Shown here piece by piece: positions 9,616-19,980 of a stretch of DNA of 64,000 nucleotides. Source of the DNA: Coniocarpon cinnabarinum (taxonomy: Eukaryota); contig JAVECO010000106.1 of the NCBI GenBank assembly GCA_051942205.1, positions 1 to 64,000 of the forward strand, written 5' to 3'. Below the pieces are notes generated by a model. The model had not been told where the DNA came from. It was given only the letters and a program-made list of their open reading frames with translations, and did no database searches. Position 1 is the first letter of the stretch. Every line of letters begins with the position of its first letter. The position numbers were made by a program, and so were the translations under genes.

Positions 9616-12435
9616 ATGTTTCGCAATCCACGTGAGAATGCATCTCGCCTCGCAAATGACCAAATCCAGCCGTCCATTGGACGCCCTCCTTCGCCACCCG
9701 AATTGACTCCCCGAGATCCTGATCAGAAACCCATCGTTGAAATGGCTGTTAGCCCTCTGCAGCCTGCCAAGCTCAACACTGAATTGAGGAGCACACAAAG
9801 TCCAGCTAAGGGTGGCAAACCCAAACCGAAAGGCAATGCTAGCATTTTGAGTTTCTTCAAAAAATCGGACAATCCAGCTGAAACAGCGGGACTATTCGTG
9901 CAGCAAGCACAAGCGACCGTCGAGTCGACAACCAAACAGTCGCACTGGACAGGTGAACAGACTCAGCGCTTTGAGAGTGGCAACGCTGAACAAGTGCGCT
10001 TCAACGAATACACGAACGCAGTGAAGAGGAGGAAGACTTCTCAAGAGACCAGCAGCACTTCGAACAATGAATGCGTAGCAGAGTCTGCGTCCACCCCTGG
10101 TGCTCACAGGTCTGCGCCACAGGTTGACGTACCAAGAGATAATTACCACACCGCACAATCTGAAGAGCTTGATAGACGACGAAGCACTCCGGAAGTGACG
10201 TCGACGGCTCAGAAGCCTGGACCTTTCATTGATCAATCAGACAGTGAAGATGAAAGCGAGATTGGGGCCTCGAGAAAAGTGGTTAGGGCGACGGAGGTAA
10301 GCCACGCCGGCTTTGCAATATCACACGAGGCAAAAACGCCGCTCCAAAATGATATCGAAGAGAGAGGGCCGATCACAACACCATCAGTACCATTGTTGAA
10401 GAGGGAGGGGACAAGCTTAGTAGAGCAAGACGGCTTCGCTGATTTTGAAGGTATGGAAGACTTTGAAGATGAGTATGAAGATGGTGAAGAGTTTGTCGAA
10501 AGAAGGTACATGGAAGAGCAACGGCGTCTAGAAGCACAAGCTGGAGTCGATAACGGGGTTGACGATGAAGATTTCACCAGCATTTCAATAAAAAAGGAAA
10601 GCTCTACGACGCGACAAGATCCGGCCGACCGCGAACAGGCCTTTGATAATCCCAGCGCCCCTTCTTGCCCAATTTGTAACGTCAGCCTAGGCGGGATCAC
10701 GAGCGAAGAAGCCAGCGTCCATGTTAACAATTGTCTTGATGGAAATCCGAGTTCGTTGCCGCCAGCAAAGAGGGAGAACGTGGACGAAGAGGCTGAGATC
10801 GACCTCAAACCCAAACGTTTCGTACGCCCACCCAAACCGGGCCAGCAGAATCCGTTTGTGCTCGGCCAGGCGGGCGGCAGGGGTTCCGCTTTCAACAAGC
10901 TGATGTCTGGCCATACTGAGGAAAATGCGTGGTCTGTGGCGGCAGCATCGGAACGCGACGCTCGTGGCAAACCGGCTTATCAGAGGACGTGCCCTTTTTA
11001 CAAGATCCTGCCTGGATTCTACACTTGCGTCGATGCCTTCAGATATGGCGCGGTATCCGGCTGCAATGCGTACTTCCTCAGTCACTTCCATAGCGATCAC
11101 TATGTTGGCTTGACATCAAACTGGAGCCACGGCAAAATCTACTGCAGTCGCATCACAGCTAATCTCGTACGACAGCAGCTAAGAGTAGATCCAAAATGGG
11201 TAGTGGACCTCGAGTGGGAACAGAAAGTTGAAGTCCCTGGCACCGAAGGTGTTTCCGTCACGATGATCCCAGCTAACCACTGCCCGGGGTCGTCAATATA
11301 TCTGTTTGAGAAAACTTTACCCGCTCCGAAGAACGCGCCTAGTACGGCAAAGCCACGGACACAACGCGTCTTGCATTGCGGCGACTTCAGAGCCTGTCCC
11401 GCGCACATTGCTCACCCGCTGCTGGCTCCCGAAATTTTGGACAATGTGACTGGAAAATTGAAGCATCAGAAGATTGACATCTGCTACCTTGACACGACAT
11501 ATCTTAGTCCCAAATACGCCTTTCCCAGTCAAGAAGAAGTGATAGAAGCCTGTGCAGATATGTGCGTCAGCTTGTCGAAAGAGAAAGTCGACCACAACGA
11601 TAGCTATGAGACGATGAAGCGTGAGCGGGCGGGCACCGCCATGACCAAATTTGTGCGCAAAGACTCAAAGGAAGGAGAGATTAGCACAGACTCGCCAACG
11701 AAAGAAGGAGGCTCTGAGACCAGGAAAAAACCTCGTGGGCAGTTACTCGTTGTCGTTGGTACCTATTCCATTGGCAAAGAGCGAATATGTCTCGGTATCG
11801 CTCGTGCTCTCGACTCCCTCATCTATGCTCCACCATCAAAGCAGCGGATCTGTGCAGCTCTTCATGACCAGGAGCTGAACAAGCGTTTGACGTCGGATCC
11901 GCTCGCAGCGTCTGTCCATATGACGCCGCTTTTCGAAATACGCGCGGAAACGCTGAGCGAGTATCTCGAAACGTACAACGGCCACTTCGGCCGCGCCGTG
12001 GGATTCAGGCCTTCAGGATGGAACTATCGGCCGCCGGGCTCACGGTCGACAGAAGCACCCACTGTTCAACAGGTCTTGTACAGCCCTGGATGGAAGAGCA
12101 CATACAGCATGAAGAACCTGATGCCGCAGCGAGGCAGCAGCAACAAGGCGTCAGTCTACGGTGTGCCCTATAGCGAGCACAGCAGCTTCCGAGAGTTGAG
12201 CATGTTCGTCTGTGGCCTGCGGATTGAGAAGGTCATTCCCACAGTCAATGTGGGCAGCGCGAAGTCCCGGGAGAGGATGCGAGCGTGGTGTGAGAGGTGG
12301 GCGGCTGAGAAGAGGAAGAATGGCCTCTTTAGAGTTAGACGACCGGAGGATGAAGAGCAATTGAGCCAGGGTACAGATGACCGTGGTGAGTTCTATCCTG
12401 GAAGGGGTACTTGGGAGCTACGTACTACGCTATAG
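9616..12435 (+). CDS. PSO2: DNA interstrand cross-link repair nuclease Pso2/Snm1 (beta-CASP metallo-beta-lactamase)
   Basis: UBZ-like CPIC...HVNNCLD; MBL motif FLSHFHSDHY; ANHCPG; HCGDFR; YLDTTY; GTYSIGKER; VPYSEHSSF. Intronless. Confidence 0.95.
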   Translation: MFRNPRENASRLANDQIQPSIGRPPSPPELTPRDPDQKPIVEMAVSPLQPAKLNTELRSTQSPAKGGKPKPKGNASILSFFKKSDNPAETAGLFVQQAQATVESTTKQSHWTGEQTQRFESGNAEQVRFNEYTNAVKRRKTSQETSSTSNNECVAESASTPGAHRSAPQVDVPRDNYHTAQSEELDRRRSTPEVTSTAQKPGPFIDQSDSEDESEIGASRKVVRATEVSHAGFAISHEAKTPLQNDIEERGPITTPSVPLLKREGTSLVEQDGFADFEGMEDFEDEYEDGEEFVERRYMEEQRRLEAQAGVDNGVDDEDFTSISIKKESSTTRQDPADREQAFDNPSAPSCPICNVSLGGITSEEASVHVNNCLDGNPSSLPPAKRENVDEEAEIDLKPKRFVRPPKPGQQNPFVLGQAGGRGSAFNKLMSGHTEENAWSVAAASERDARGKPAYQRTCPFYKILPGFYTCVDAFRYGAVSGCNAYFLSHFHSDHYVGLTSNWSHGKIYCSRITANLVRQQLRVDPKWVVDLEWEQKVEVPGTEGVSVTMIPANHCPGSSIYLFEKTLPAPKNAPSTAKPRTQRVLHCGDFRACPAHIAHPLLAPEILDNVTGKLKHQKIDICYLDTTYLSPKYAFPSQEEVIEACADMCVSLSKEKVDHNDSYETMKRERAGTAMTKFVRKDSKEGEISTDSPTKEGGSETRKKPRGQLLVVVGTYSIGKERICLGIARALDSLIYAPPSKQRICAALHDQELNKRLTSDPLAASVHMTPLFEIRAETLSEYLETYNGHFGRAVGFRPSGWNYRPPGSRSTEAPTVQQVLYSPGWKSTYSMKNLMPQRGSSNKASVYGVPYSEHSSFRELSMFVCGLRIEKVIPTVNVGSAKSRERMRAWCERWAAEKRKNGLFRVRRPEDEEQLSQGTDDRGEFYPGRGTWELRTTL

Positions 12436-13425
12436 AGGAATGATGGAAATACATTGTCGCTCGTCAAGTCGTTGGTTTGATATAATTCTATTGACTGATT
12501 GGCGTGATTGGTTTGCTGGTCGCATGTGATTTCCTTGCGCAGGACGGTACGTCGCCATCTTCAGGTTCAGTGATGGAGTCTGTCGCTATACACACAACTC
12601 TCGTCACTCAATGCGACTGACATCCCTAAGTGGCTGCTGCAATGAAGTGTTGGTACGTCTCAGCAACTACCCACCCAGATTTACGCTCGCAAGCAATGGC
12701 AGATAGTCTACTTGCGGCAGCATCGTGACTGATATCGACATCTCGAATAGGCTGCGATGGCAGTATGCCACGGAAAAGCCAATAGTCACAGTCAACCTGC
12801 AAGCATTCCTAGTGTTAGAGAGTCGCAGGTCTGTCAGGGCTGCTCATCTGACTAGATAGGTCCTGCATGTCGCTCGCAGGTCGCTTCGCAATTTGGCAGC
12901 AGATCCAGTCTACTTCGCCATATCACCTCCACTGCTGCTGTGCGCGAGACACAAAGATGTTAAGTTGCTACAGCACAGCACAGCGCATCCACGAAATACG
13001 AAATACGAAATATGAAAGAAATGAGCCATCTAAGACTCGCGCCACAAGATCTTTAACTACTTTGCCAGATCTACACACAGGAGAACCACGCGCAAACTCC
13101 TGACCAAATCCTTTATTCAAAGCGGCCACAGAAATGCAGGGACGTCACGAAGCATCAGGCAACCATTGCGAACCGTCATGTGTAACAGCGCTGAAAACGA
13201 CTAAAGAGCCTCTACGAAGCTCATGTGGAGCCTCCCACTGTGCGACTGTGAGCTCATGCCAAGAAACGTCATTGATCTTGAAAGTTCTATTTTGCTGCAA
13301 ACCTGCCAGCGAGACCTCTCATACACACGTAAATCCAACACTTTGCTTGAGACTTTTTGTGATAAGCTCAGTAAAACCGTCTGTGACTGCATTTGAGTCT
13401 CAGTGTACACAACATCACATTCAAT

Positions 13426-13901
13426 ATGCCTCACTCCAAAGTCCCAGGCCAAGGCGGCGCCATGAGCGACAAGCAAGCCAAGAAAATGGCAGAGAGTAGG
13501 CCAATATCCCTTCCATCCTCCTCTATTTCTCTATCACATACCTATCCATACAGACAACCCACATCCACTCCCTCGAGATCCGTTCACTAACACAAATCCC
13601 AGAGGACGGCGTCCCCACCGCTCCTAACCCACCAGTCGCCAAAGAAGAATCGGCACCCGGTGAGAAACCAGTAGCGCAGGATTCCGGCAACTCCACCGTC
13701 GGCGTCCAAACAGGCACGAACCAGCCCGGCGAAAAGGGCGATCTGGGGCCGGTGATGTCGTCAGCCCCGGGGACGGGCGACAGTATGATCCCGGGCACGC
13801 GCAACATCGTGTCAGACGAGGCTGTGGGCGCGGATGGGGTGCTCAAAGGCGCAGAGAGCGAGAGGCGGTCGACGGGGAATGAGTACGTGCCCGAGGCATG
13901 A
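13426..13901 (+). CDS. Small hydrophilic hypothetical protein (~122 aa, 2 exons)
   Basis: ATG 13426 (MPHSKVPGQGGAMSDKQAKKMAE), intron 13496-13602 (GTAGGC..CTAAC..CAG), exon 2 KDGVPTAPNPPVAKEESAPGEKP...GNEYVPEA*. Frame stays open across the splice. Confidence 0.7.
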
Positions 13902-13985
13902 CGGCAGCGGCTGGATACGAGATTGATGATCGGAGAGAGCAGTTCATGAGATGGTGGATGTGACGGTTGTGCGAGGAGAGGCTGT

Positions 13986-15984
13986 CTAGCTGGAATCCGC
14001 ATCTACTGCTTTTTTAGTGCTACCAGTGTTGTGCGAGTTTTCGCTCTCCTGGCGCTCGATGCCGTTGATTTGATCGATGCCTTGGGTTTCGCGCCCGTAC
14101 ATCATATGCTCGAGATTGACCTTGGGGCCTTTGAACCACTTGCGTGCGCTCAGAACCCACCAAATAAGTGTTGCTGACATGGGCGCGCCGTAGACAAGAC
14201 ACGTCCAATTCATCTCCTGTGCATTGAGGTCGCTTCTTCGATAAGCAGGAAAGCACATAATAGGAAGCATCAAGGTGACGAAAGCGCACCCCGTTCCACC
14301 GATCGGTAAGGTGAACCGGCCTAGATTCCACGGACCGGGTCTGAAGCGGTTGCCGACGAAGAACAAGCGGATGAAGATGGGTATAATGAAGGCGGTGTAC
14401 TGAGAGATGGCGCCGATAGAAAAGAGCGCGCCGGCAGCCAGAGGGCCGCCGAAAATGAGTAGAAGTAGCAACAGGCCAACCACGCAGTTCGCAATAACCG
14501 CATTGACTGGCGTACGAGTGTACTTATTGACCTTTTTCCAAACGTCAGAGAAGGGAAAGCAGCCGTCTCGAGCATAGGCAAACGTGACGCGGCTTGCTGC
14601 GATCATACTATATAGACACGAACATCAGTGTTTGTAGCTGTAATAATTTGAGGGGTGACATTTACCATGCTTGGCCCATGGAAAACCCGGCCATTATCGT
14701 CATGGCAAGAATAGCGAGCGTAATCCTTTTCGAAACGACCTGTATCAGATACGCAGCCCATGGCTGACCGAGATCCGATTCCAAAGCACTACTGATATCG
14801 ACGACGGTGTAGGCGACAACCAGCTGCAGGAACCAACCGAAGCTTCCTCCAATGGAAGACGTGAGTACTATCGCACGAGGCGCGGCCACGTTCGCATTCG
14901 AGCATTCTTCAGAGATGTGAAAGGGCGAATCGTATCCCGACAAAGTCCAGATAATGGATAGAAATGACATTAGCACGGCGATTCCATTGGGCCAGTTGGT
15001 GCCGTCGTAAAAATTGCCCCAGACTTGGCTGCTGGGTGCAAAACGCGGCAACCCCTGAGACTCACGATTGGTGCTGGCAGGGATCAGGATGATCACGACG
15101 ATCAGTGCGAGCATGTTGAACGTGCTACCGATCGCGTTGAAGCGCGCCAAGAACCTTGTCGGCATGGATGAAATGAATGCATGTAGCAACATGATGAAGG
15201 CTGTGAGTAAGTATACATGCCAATTCTCAGGGACATAGTTGGGGTTTCCAATGGAAGCGGCGGCGAGTGTCATTGACGCCGTGCCGTAATTGACTGATGG
15301 AGCTGCAGTGATTTGGCCAAGCCAGTTACTCCATCCAGTGATCCAGGCCGCCAAAGGTCCCCATCCGGGGGGTGCTAAAACAGCGGAAGCATAGTAGAGA
15401 CCGCCAGACGTAGGCATGCTCGAGCATATCTCTGCCATGCCCATCGACACGCACTGAATGCCCACCATGGCAATGAGCCACCCCCATGTCATCTGTGAAG
15501 AGCTTAGCCAGGTTTCAACCTGTGAACTATCTTCCAGTGCTTGAGCTCCCCTCGCACAGTGGGGTCAGAACATACGCCAGGTGTGCCTGCATAACCTGAG
15601 TATAGAGCGTCAGATCATAGTCTTCCAGACGATAGGGAAGCTGTGAGTTGTGTTGCTTACCCATGCCATAGTATAACGTTGTGGCAAAACTGCTCACTGT
15701 AAACAGCATTGTGCTAGCGACTTAATTCAGCGAATGACTGACCTGGGAAGTAAGCCTAGTACGGCGAACGACACCGAGAACGTCGTGAAGAGGTTGAACT
15801 CTCGTCTGAACTCAGGCTTGTAGCCCAACGCAGCGAGTGTCTCTTCGTCTGCGTCCCATTTTCTGTCCGGATCCTCAGGGTCATACACAACTGCGCCTCT
15901 TCCCAAAACAGATGAGACGGCTACATCGCCAACACTGGCGTGACGTTCCGCTGCGGAGACCGCGCTGGCGCGTTTGGCTGTCAT
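13986..15984 (-). CDS. APC-superfamily amino-acid/GABA/polyamine permease (ACT family, UGA4/TPO5-like)
   Basis: LGYKPEFRREF, FSVSFAVLGLLPS, MAEICSSMPTSGGLYY, SGYDSPFHISEE and ASRVTFAYARDG. Five exons, including short exons 15661-15689 and 15576-15595. Confidence 0.92.
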
Positions 15985-16988
15985 ATTGTGGGAGCTTGTT
16001 GCCAAAATTCCAAGGACAGATCATCCCCAAGAAATACCGAAGGCTAGCAGAGTAAGGAACTAACATGAGGGCAGGCTCTAGACTATCCTCAAGAGAAGGT
16101 ACGTCACTGCGAGGGCTGCCCAGCTATGACAGCCGAAACAGCAAGCGAGCGTTGCAGGCATGACAGACCGTTTACAACGTTATCAGATACGTGACCTGCA
16201 GCGATATGCATGTCGCCCCTCGGAAGGAACGAGGTGCAGTCGAAAGTCGCTTAGCCTGTTCGCGAACAGCAAATACCCCGCAGTAGCTCGCGAGCAGCAA
16301 AAGGTACGTACTTTCTGCGCCTGGAACAGTGATCAGGAAGGGGTTCGCAGAAGCCTGGCTGGGCAGATGGCCAGAGGTCGTTGCACGATTTTATGTCTGG
16401 ATGTAGTGGGCGCAAGTCTGGGCAAGGAGCCTCCAGCACGAAGAGTGATCGGGTTTCAAAGCTGCTCGCACAATGGTGAAAGACACCTCACGGTGCACTG
16501 GAGTGTGTTGCGGTCAGTGCTGCCATCCAGAACCTTTGCAATAATATGGCCAGAACAAGCTTATCGCGCGGCGATTTGTCGAATCAAAGGTGGTGGATGC
16601 CCGCGAGGTGACACCAGTCTAGCTTGGCGTCGGTTGCTCTTGTGTTGAACGGAAGTACTTGCCGTACCACACTTCAACGTCTAATGATGCTTCGCCATCA
16701 TGTTCATAGCTTTTTGAGCCGTCATCTCCCCATCGCAGAAGCTCGCTGTCCAGTCTGGAATCCGTTGACGACTGCTGACCGTGCACCCCGACTGTCACGT
16801 GATCGAATATGCTCGTCACGCGGATTTGGAAAAATGCAGCGGGTCAGTGCATATCAGATTGTGGATCGAGAATGCGACGCTTCGTTTTGAACGATGTTCT
16901 GCAATGTGGGTGCAGCGAGATGGGCCGCTGTGCTGTGCAGGAGCACATGCAATGCTGGAACGCCCAGGTCCAGAATCTTATCAGCGTG

Positions 16989-18581
16989 TTAATCACCTAC
17001 CGTCTCTGTAGCTTTCTGAGCGTCTAGAGCTTGCTCCTTGGGCTCCTTCGTGATTCTTAGCTCTTCTTCCTGGACTTCATTACCAGCGACAGGTTCTTCT
17101 GGCAGAACATTCTCCTTTTCGGCCACCTTCACAGTCTGCGTATCGGCAGGCACGTTGATCCCATTAGCTTTTGCTGGGGCTTTCCCCTGCCCTGTTTCTG
17201 TCGCTTCTATACTGGCTGTTCCTGGATCGAATTGTGCCTCAACTTCTTCACGAGGAGTAGGCTTATCTTCTGCTTCGCTACCACTAACCATCATCTGCCC
17301 ATCCTTCCCAGATGCTGCGTCATGGGGTTCATCAGCTGCCTCTTCGTCACGCTGTGTTACAGCTTGATGCACAGTGGATGTAGCATCGCGGTCAGCCTCG
17401 GACTCTTTCGGCGGCGGCGATAGACTTGCAGTGGCATCCGCACTGTTTCCATCTGAAGGTGCAGCGTTGAGGGATTTCTCGACAAGTTTATGATCTGGGT
17501 TTGGCTTCAGTTGCTCCACATGACGATCTACACTCCCGTTCGCATCCATATTGTGATCACTCTTGTCTATCATCATGTTGCTGGTGGCGCCTTCGCCACT
17601 TTTGATAGCAGGAGCCGCGTCTAATTCCCCTTCGACCGGTTCTGCATCGAGCACAGCTTCTGCATTTTTCTCCGATGGTTTTGCATCTTGTACTGATCCA
17701 CCGACTTTGGGCTTCTCACTTTCTTGCATTTTTGAGTCACTGCGTGTGACTTGATTTGTTGACTCTGCGAGCTCGATTTCCTTTTTAAAACCCATGGGGT
17801 TGTCTGTCACAGCTTCGGGCCCGCTGATATTAGTTTCACTCCCAGTATTTGCATCGCCTGCAGGACCCGCCTCCAAAGCGTCGTCCACAACCGCTTTCTC
17901 CGGGGTGCCGCCCTTCTCTTCTGCTATCTCTGCCGCTTCCGCAGTCTGTCTTTGTTTTGCTTCCACGCTCGCCCTCAGCGCGGCAGCTTTATCTTTTGCT
18001 CTTTTCTGCGCTGCTGCAGCAACCTCAGCAGCGAGACTTGACTGGCCTCCCGCTTTGGGCGACTCTTGTGTACTTGTCTTTGGCGACTCGTGTGGCTTGG
18101 CTCGAGAGGGTAGCTCTTTGTTCAAGTCCTTCGGCATCTCAGGCGCGATAGGAGCATCCCCCGTCTTCAATTCTTGTAACCCCTCACCGGCAGTATCCTT
18201 TGGCGTAGACTGGCTGATGTCTGCCTGTGGCGCAGCCTTTTTCTTTTTCTTTTTCACTCCGAGTACATCTTTTATCTCACCAAACTCGTTCCACTCCTCA
18301 ACTTGCTCTAGGTCACCCAAGATAATGCCTTGCTTGACCAGCCCAGGAATCGTCCGGCCCTTGCTGCGTCGTGTCCATATTCTGCGGGCCTTTTCATCTG
18401 TAGCTGTATCTATGGCATAGAACGGAACGCGATTGGCTTTGAGAATGGTTTCCATACGAGAAGTGGCAGTGATGATATGGGAAGACCCTGCTGTCAGAGA
18501 CGTGAAAAGAAACAGATGAGGCGAGGTCTCATAGGAGAATCCAGGATCCACAATATTTGGTGGTTCCTCTTTTGCAGCCAT
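16989..18581 (-). CDS. Fungal protein with N-terminal SH3BGR/thioredoxin-like domain and long acidic disordered tail
   Basis: N-terminal LFLFTSLTAGSSHIITATSRMETILKAN..DTATDEKARRIW..IPGLVK..GDLEQVEEWNEFGE resembles the SH3BGR fold. 530-aa intronless ORF. Confidence 0.75.
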   Translation of the reverse strand: MAAKEEPPNIVDPGFSYETSPHLFLFTSLTAGSSHIITATSRMETILKANRVPFYAIDTATDEKARRIWTRRSKGRTIPGLVKQGIILGDLEQVEEWNEFGEIKDVLGVKKKKKKAAPQADISQSTPKDTAGEGLQELKTGDAPIAPEMPKDLNKELPSRAKPHESPKTSTQESPKAGGQSSLAAEVAAAAQKRAKDKAAALRASVEAKQRQTAEAAEIAEEKGGTPEKAVVDDALEAGPAGDANTGSETNISGPEAVTDNPMGFKKEIELAESTNQVTRSDSKMQESEKPKVGGSVQDAKPSEKNAEAVLDAEPVEGELDAAPAIKSGEGATSNMMIDKSDHNMDANGSVDRHVEQLKPNPDHKLVEKSLNAAPSDGNSADATASLSPPPKESEADRDATSTVHQAVTQRDEEAADEPHDAASGKDGQMMVSGSEAEDKPTPREEVEAQFDPGTASIEATETGQGKAPAKANGINVPADTQTVKVAEKENVLPEEPVAGNEVQEEELRITKEPKEQALDAQKATETVGD

Positions 18582-19050
18582 TTCTAGGCCTGGACCTGCT
18601 GGAGCAGGTCGGGATGCAGGAATGGTTATCGATCAATACGAAGGGATTACATTGCCAGAAAGCCGAGAGTGTTATCTCATAAGTGAAACACTACAAGAGA
18701 GAATGATCGATGAACCAGTGAAGCGTCTGTGGATACTTTGAGATCAACCATCCACGAGCATAGTCAGATTTCATTCTAATGTATAGATCAAATGTCCAGC
18801 AGCTTAGCACGACGATACCTCAGATCTAAGGCAGCAATTCGATCACACCGTGTTCAGCAATGAAACACTTGCAAGGGTCCTTCAGTCTTCTTTACACAGT
18901 CAGGTTGTTCGAGCAGAGCTACGCCGAGTGATTTGTCCCAGGATGCTTAGGTTCCGCGAAGTCTCCAACCTCCAGATAAATAATGTACTGTTAACACTGT
19001 AGTGTTTGCGCCACGATTCATGTTCCCATGCTTCGTTCCGGTGAGAATCG

Positions 19051-19150
19051 GTACTTGCCGCACCATTATTTCGCATATTTCGCTGATCTGAATCTTGCCG
19101 AGTGTATAGGCTCGCCGCCTAGGCTGAAATCAGCAACGATTTTCCCTTGC
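19051..19150 (+). repeat. Copy of the ~150-bp intergenic monomer (internally deleted)
   Basis: GTACTTGCCGCACCATTATTTCGCAT...TATAGGCTCGCCGCCTAGGCTGAAATCAGCAACGATTT matches both ends of the copies at 54815 and 59229. Confidence 0.75.
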
Positions 19151-19980
19151 CTGGTATCCGGGAAGTCATCACGTGATGTGGATGATTCAGAAGGTCGTGG
19201 GCATCGATGAGTCGCAGGAAGATTCCAGACCCCGCAAGGCCGTGTGCCACTGTCAGACAGACGGGCCGCGGACGAGCAGTATTATGCGGTATCGTTGCGT
19301 GTCAGCATGCTCCGTGGCATTCATGCTAAGCCAATCCTCGACTTCCGGACCAACTGATGATCGACTGGGCTAAGATGGCGAGCGTATGTTATTGCACAAC
19401 AGTCTAACGGACAGCTACACGTGTCACCTTGCTCGAACTTCACTTCGACTCTCTCCTCTACCTATTCCAACTGCTGCGTTTCGGGTGTCGCCATCTCCAC
19501 CTGCGCCCTGCCCTGACCCGTGGGTCTGCTCGCAGGATGCTCCTGAGGTGGCAGAGTGGCCCGTCGAGGGTGCGGCACTTTCCCATGTTTTAACCCGTTC
19601 CGTCTTCGTCGCAACTCTTCGCAATGCCTCGCATCCCATAAGCAGTATGGGATGCGGACTGAGCAGCCGTGTACTCTCCGCCCACGACTCTGCTCCTGCC
19701 CGCCCTCATCAGCTTCCTGGCCATGGCCACCTTGCTCAGCCAGCCCACGCGGCTTGTCGCAATTTCGGCCTCTGGGAGGGCTCCATCGTTGGAGTGCACA
19801 GGATTTTCTCAAATTGAAGCCATTCTCTCACCAACATGCGCCGTGGATGCTTACACTTTGTTGCATCGTGTGTCAATAACAGCGCCGACACTCGTTCTGG
19901 TTTGCTGTTTGTATGACGATGCTGCTGTACAAACTTCACTCGTTTAGTTGCCAAGTATAGTAATACGTTATTTAATCCTA

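Noticed and set aside
12992..13018. GAAATAC x3 tandem repeat (also GTCAACGTCCC x2 near 47351 and GGCTCTATCTC x2 near 36401)
   Set aside because: Short slippage-type repeats with no evidence of function.
13200..13270. AAGAGCCTCTACG as another monomer copy (similar single boxes near 31731, 34016 and 36310)
   Set aside because: Only one box matches, or the spacing is off (51-55 bp); not supportable without an HMM.
15576..15689. 20-nt and 29-nt exons in the permease
   Set aside because: Real but ordinary for fungal ACT-family permeases; they splice cleanly in frame.
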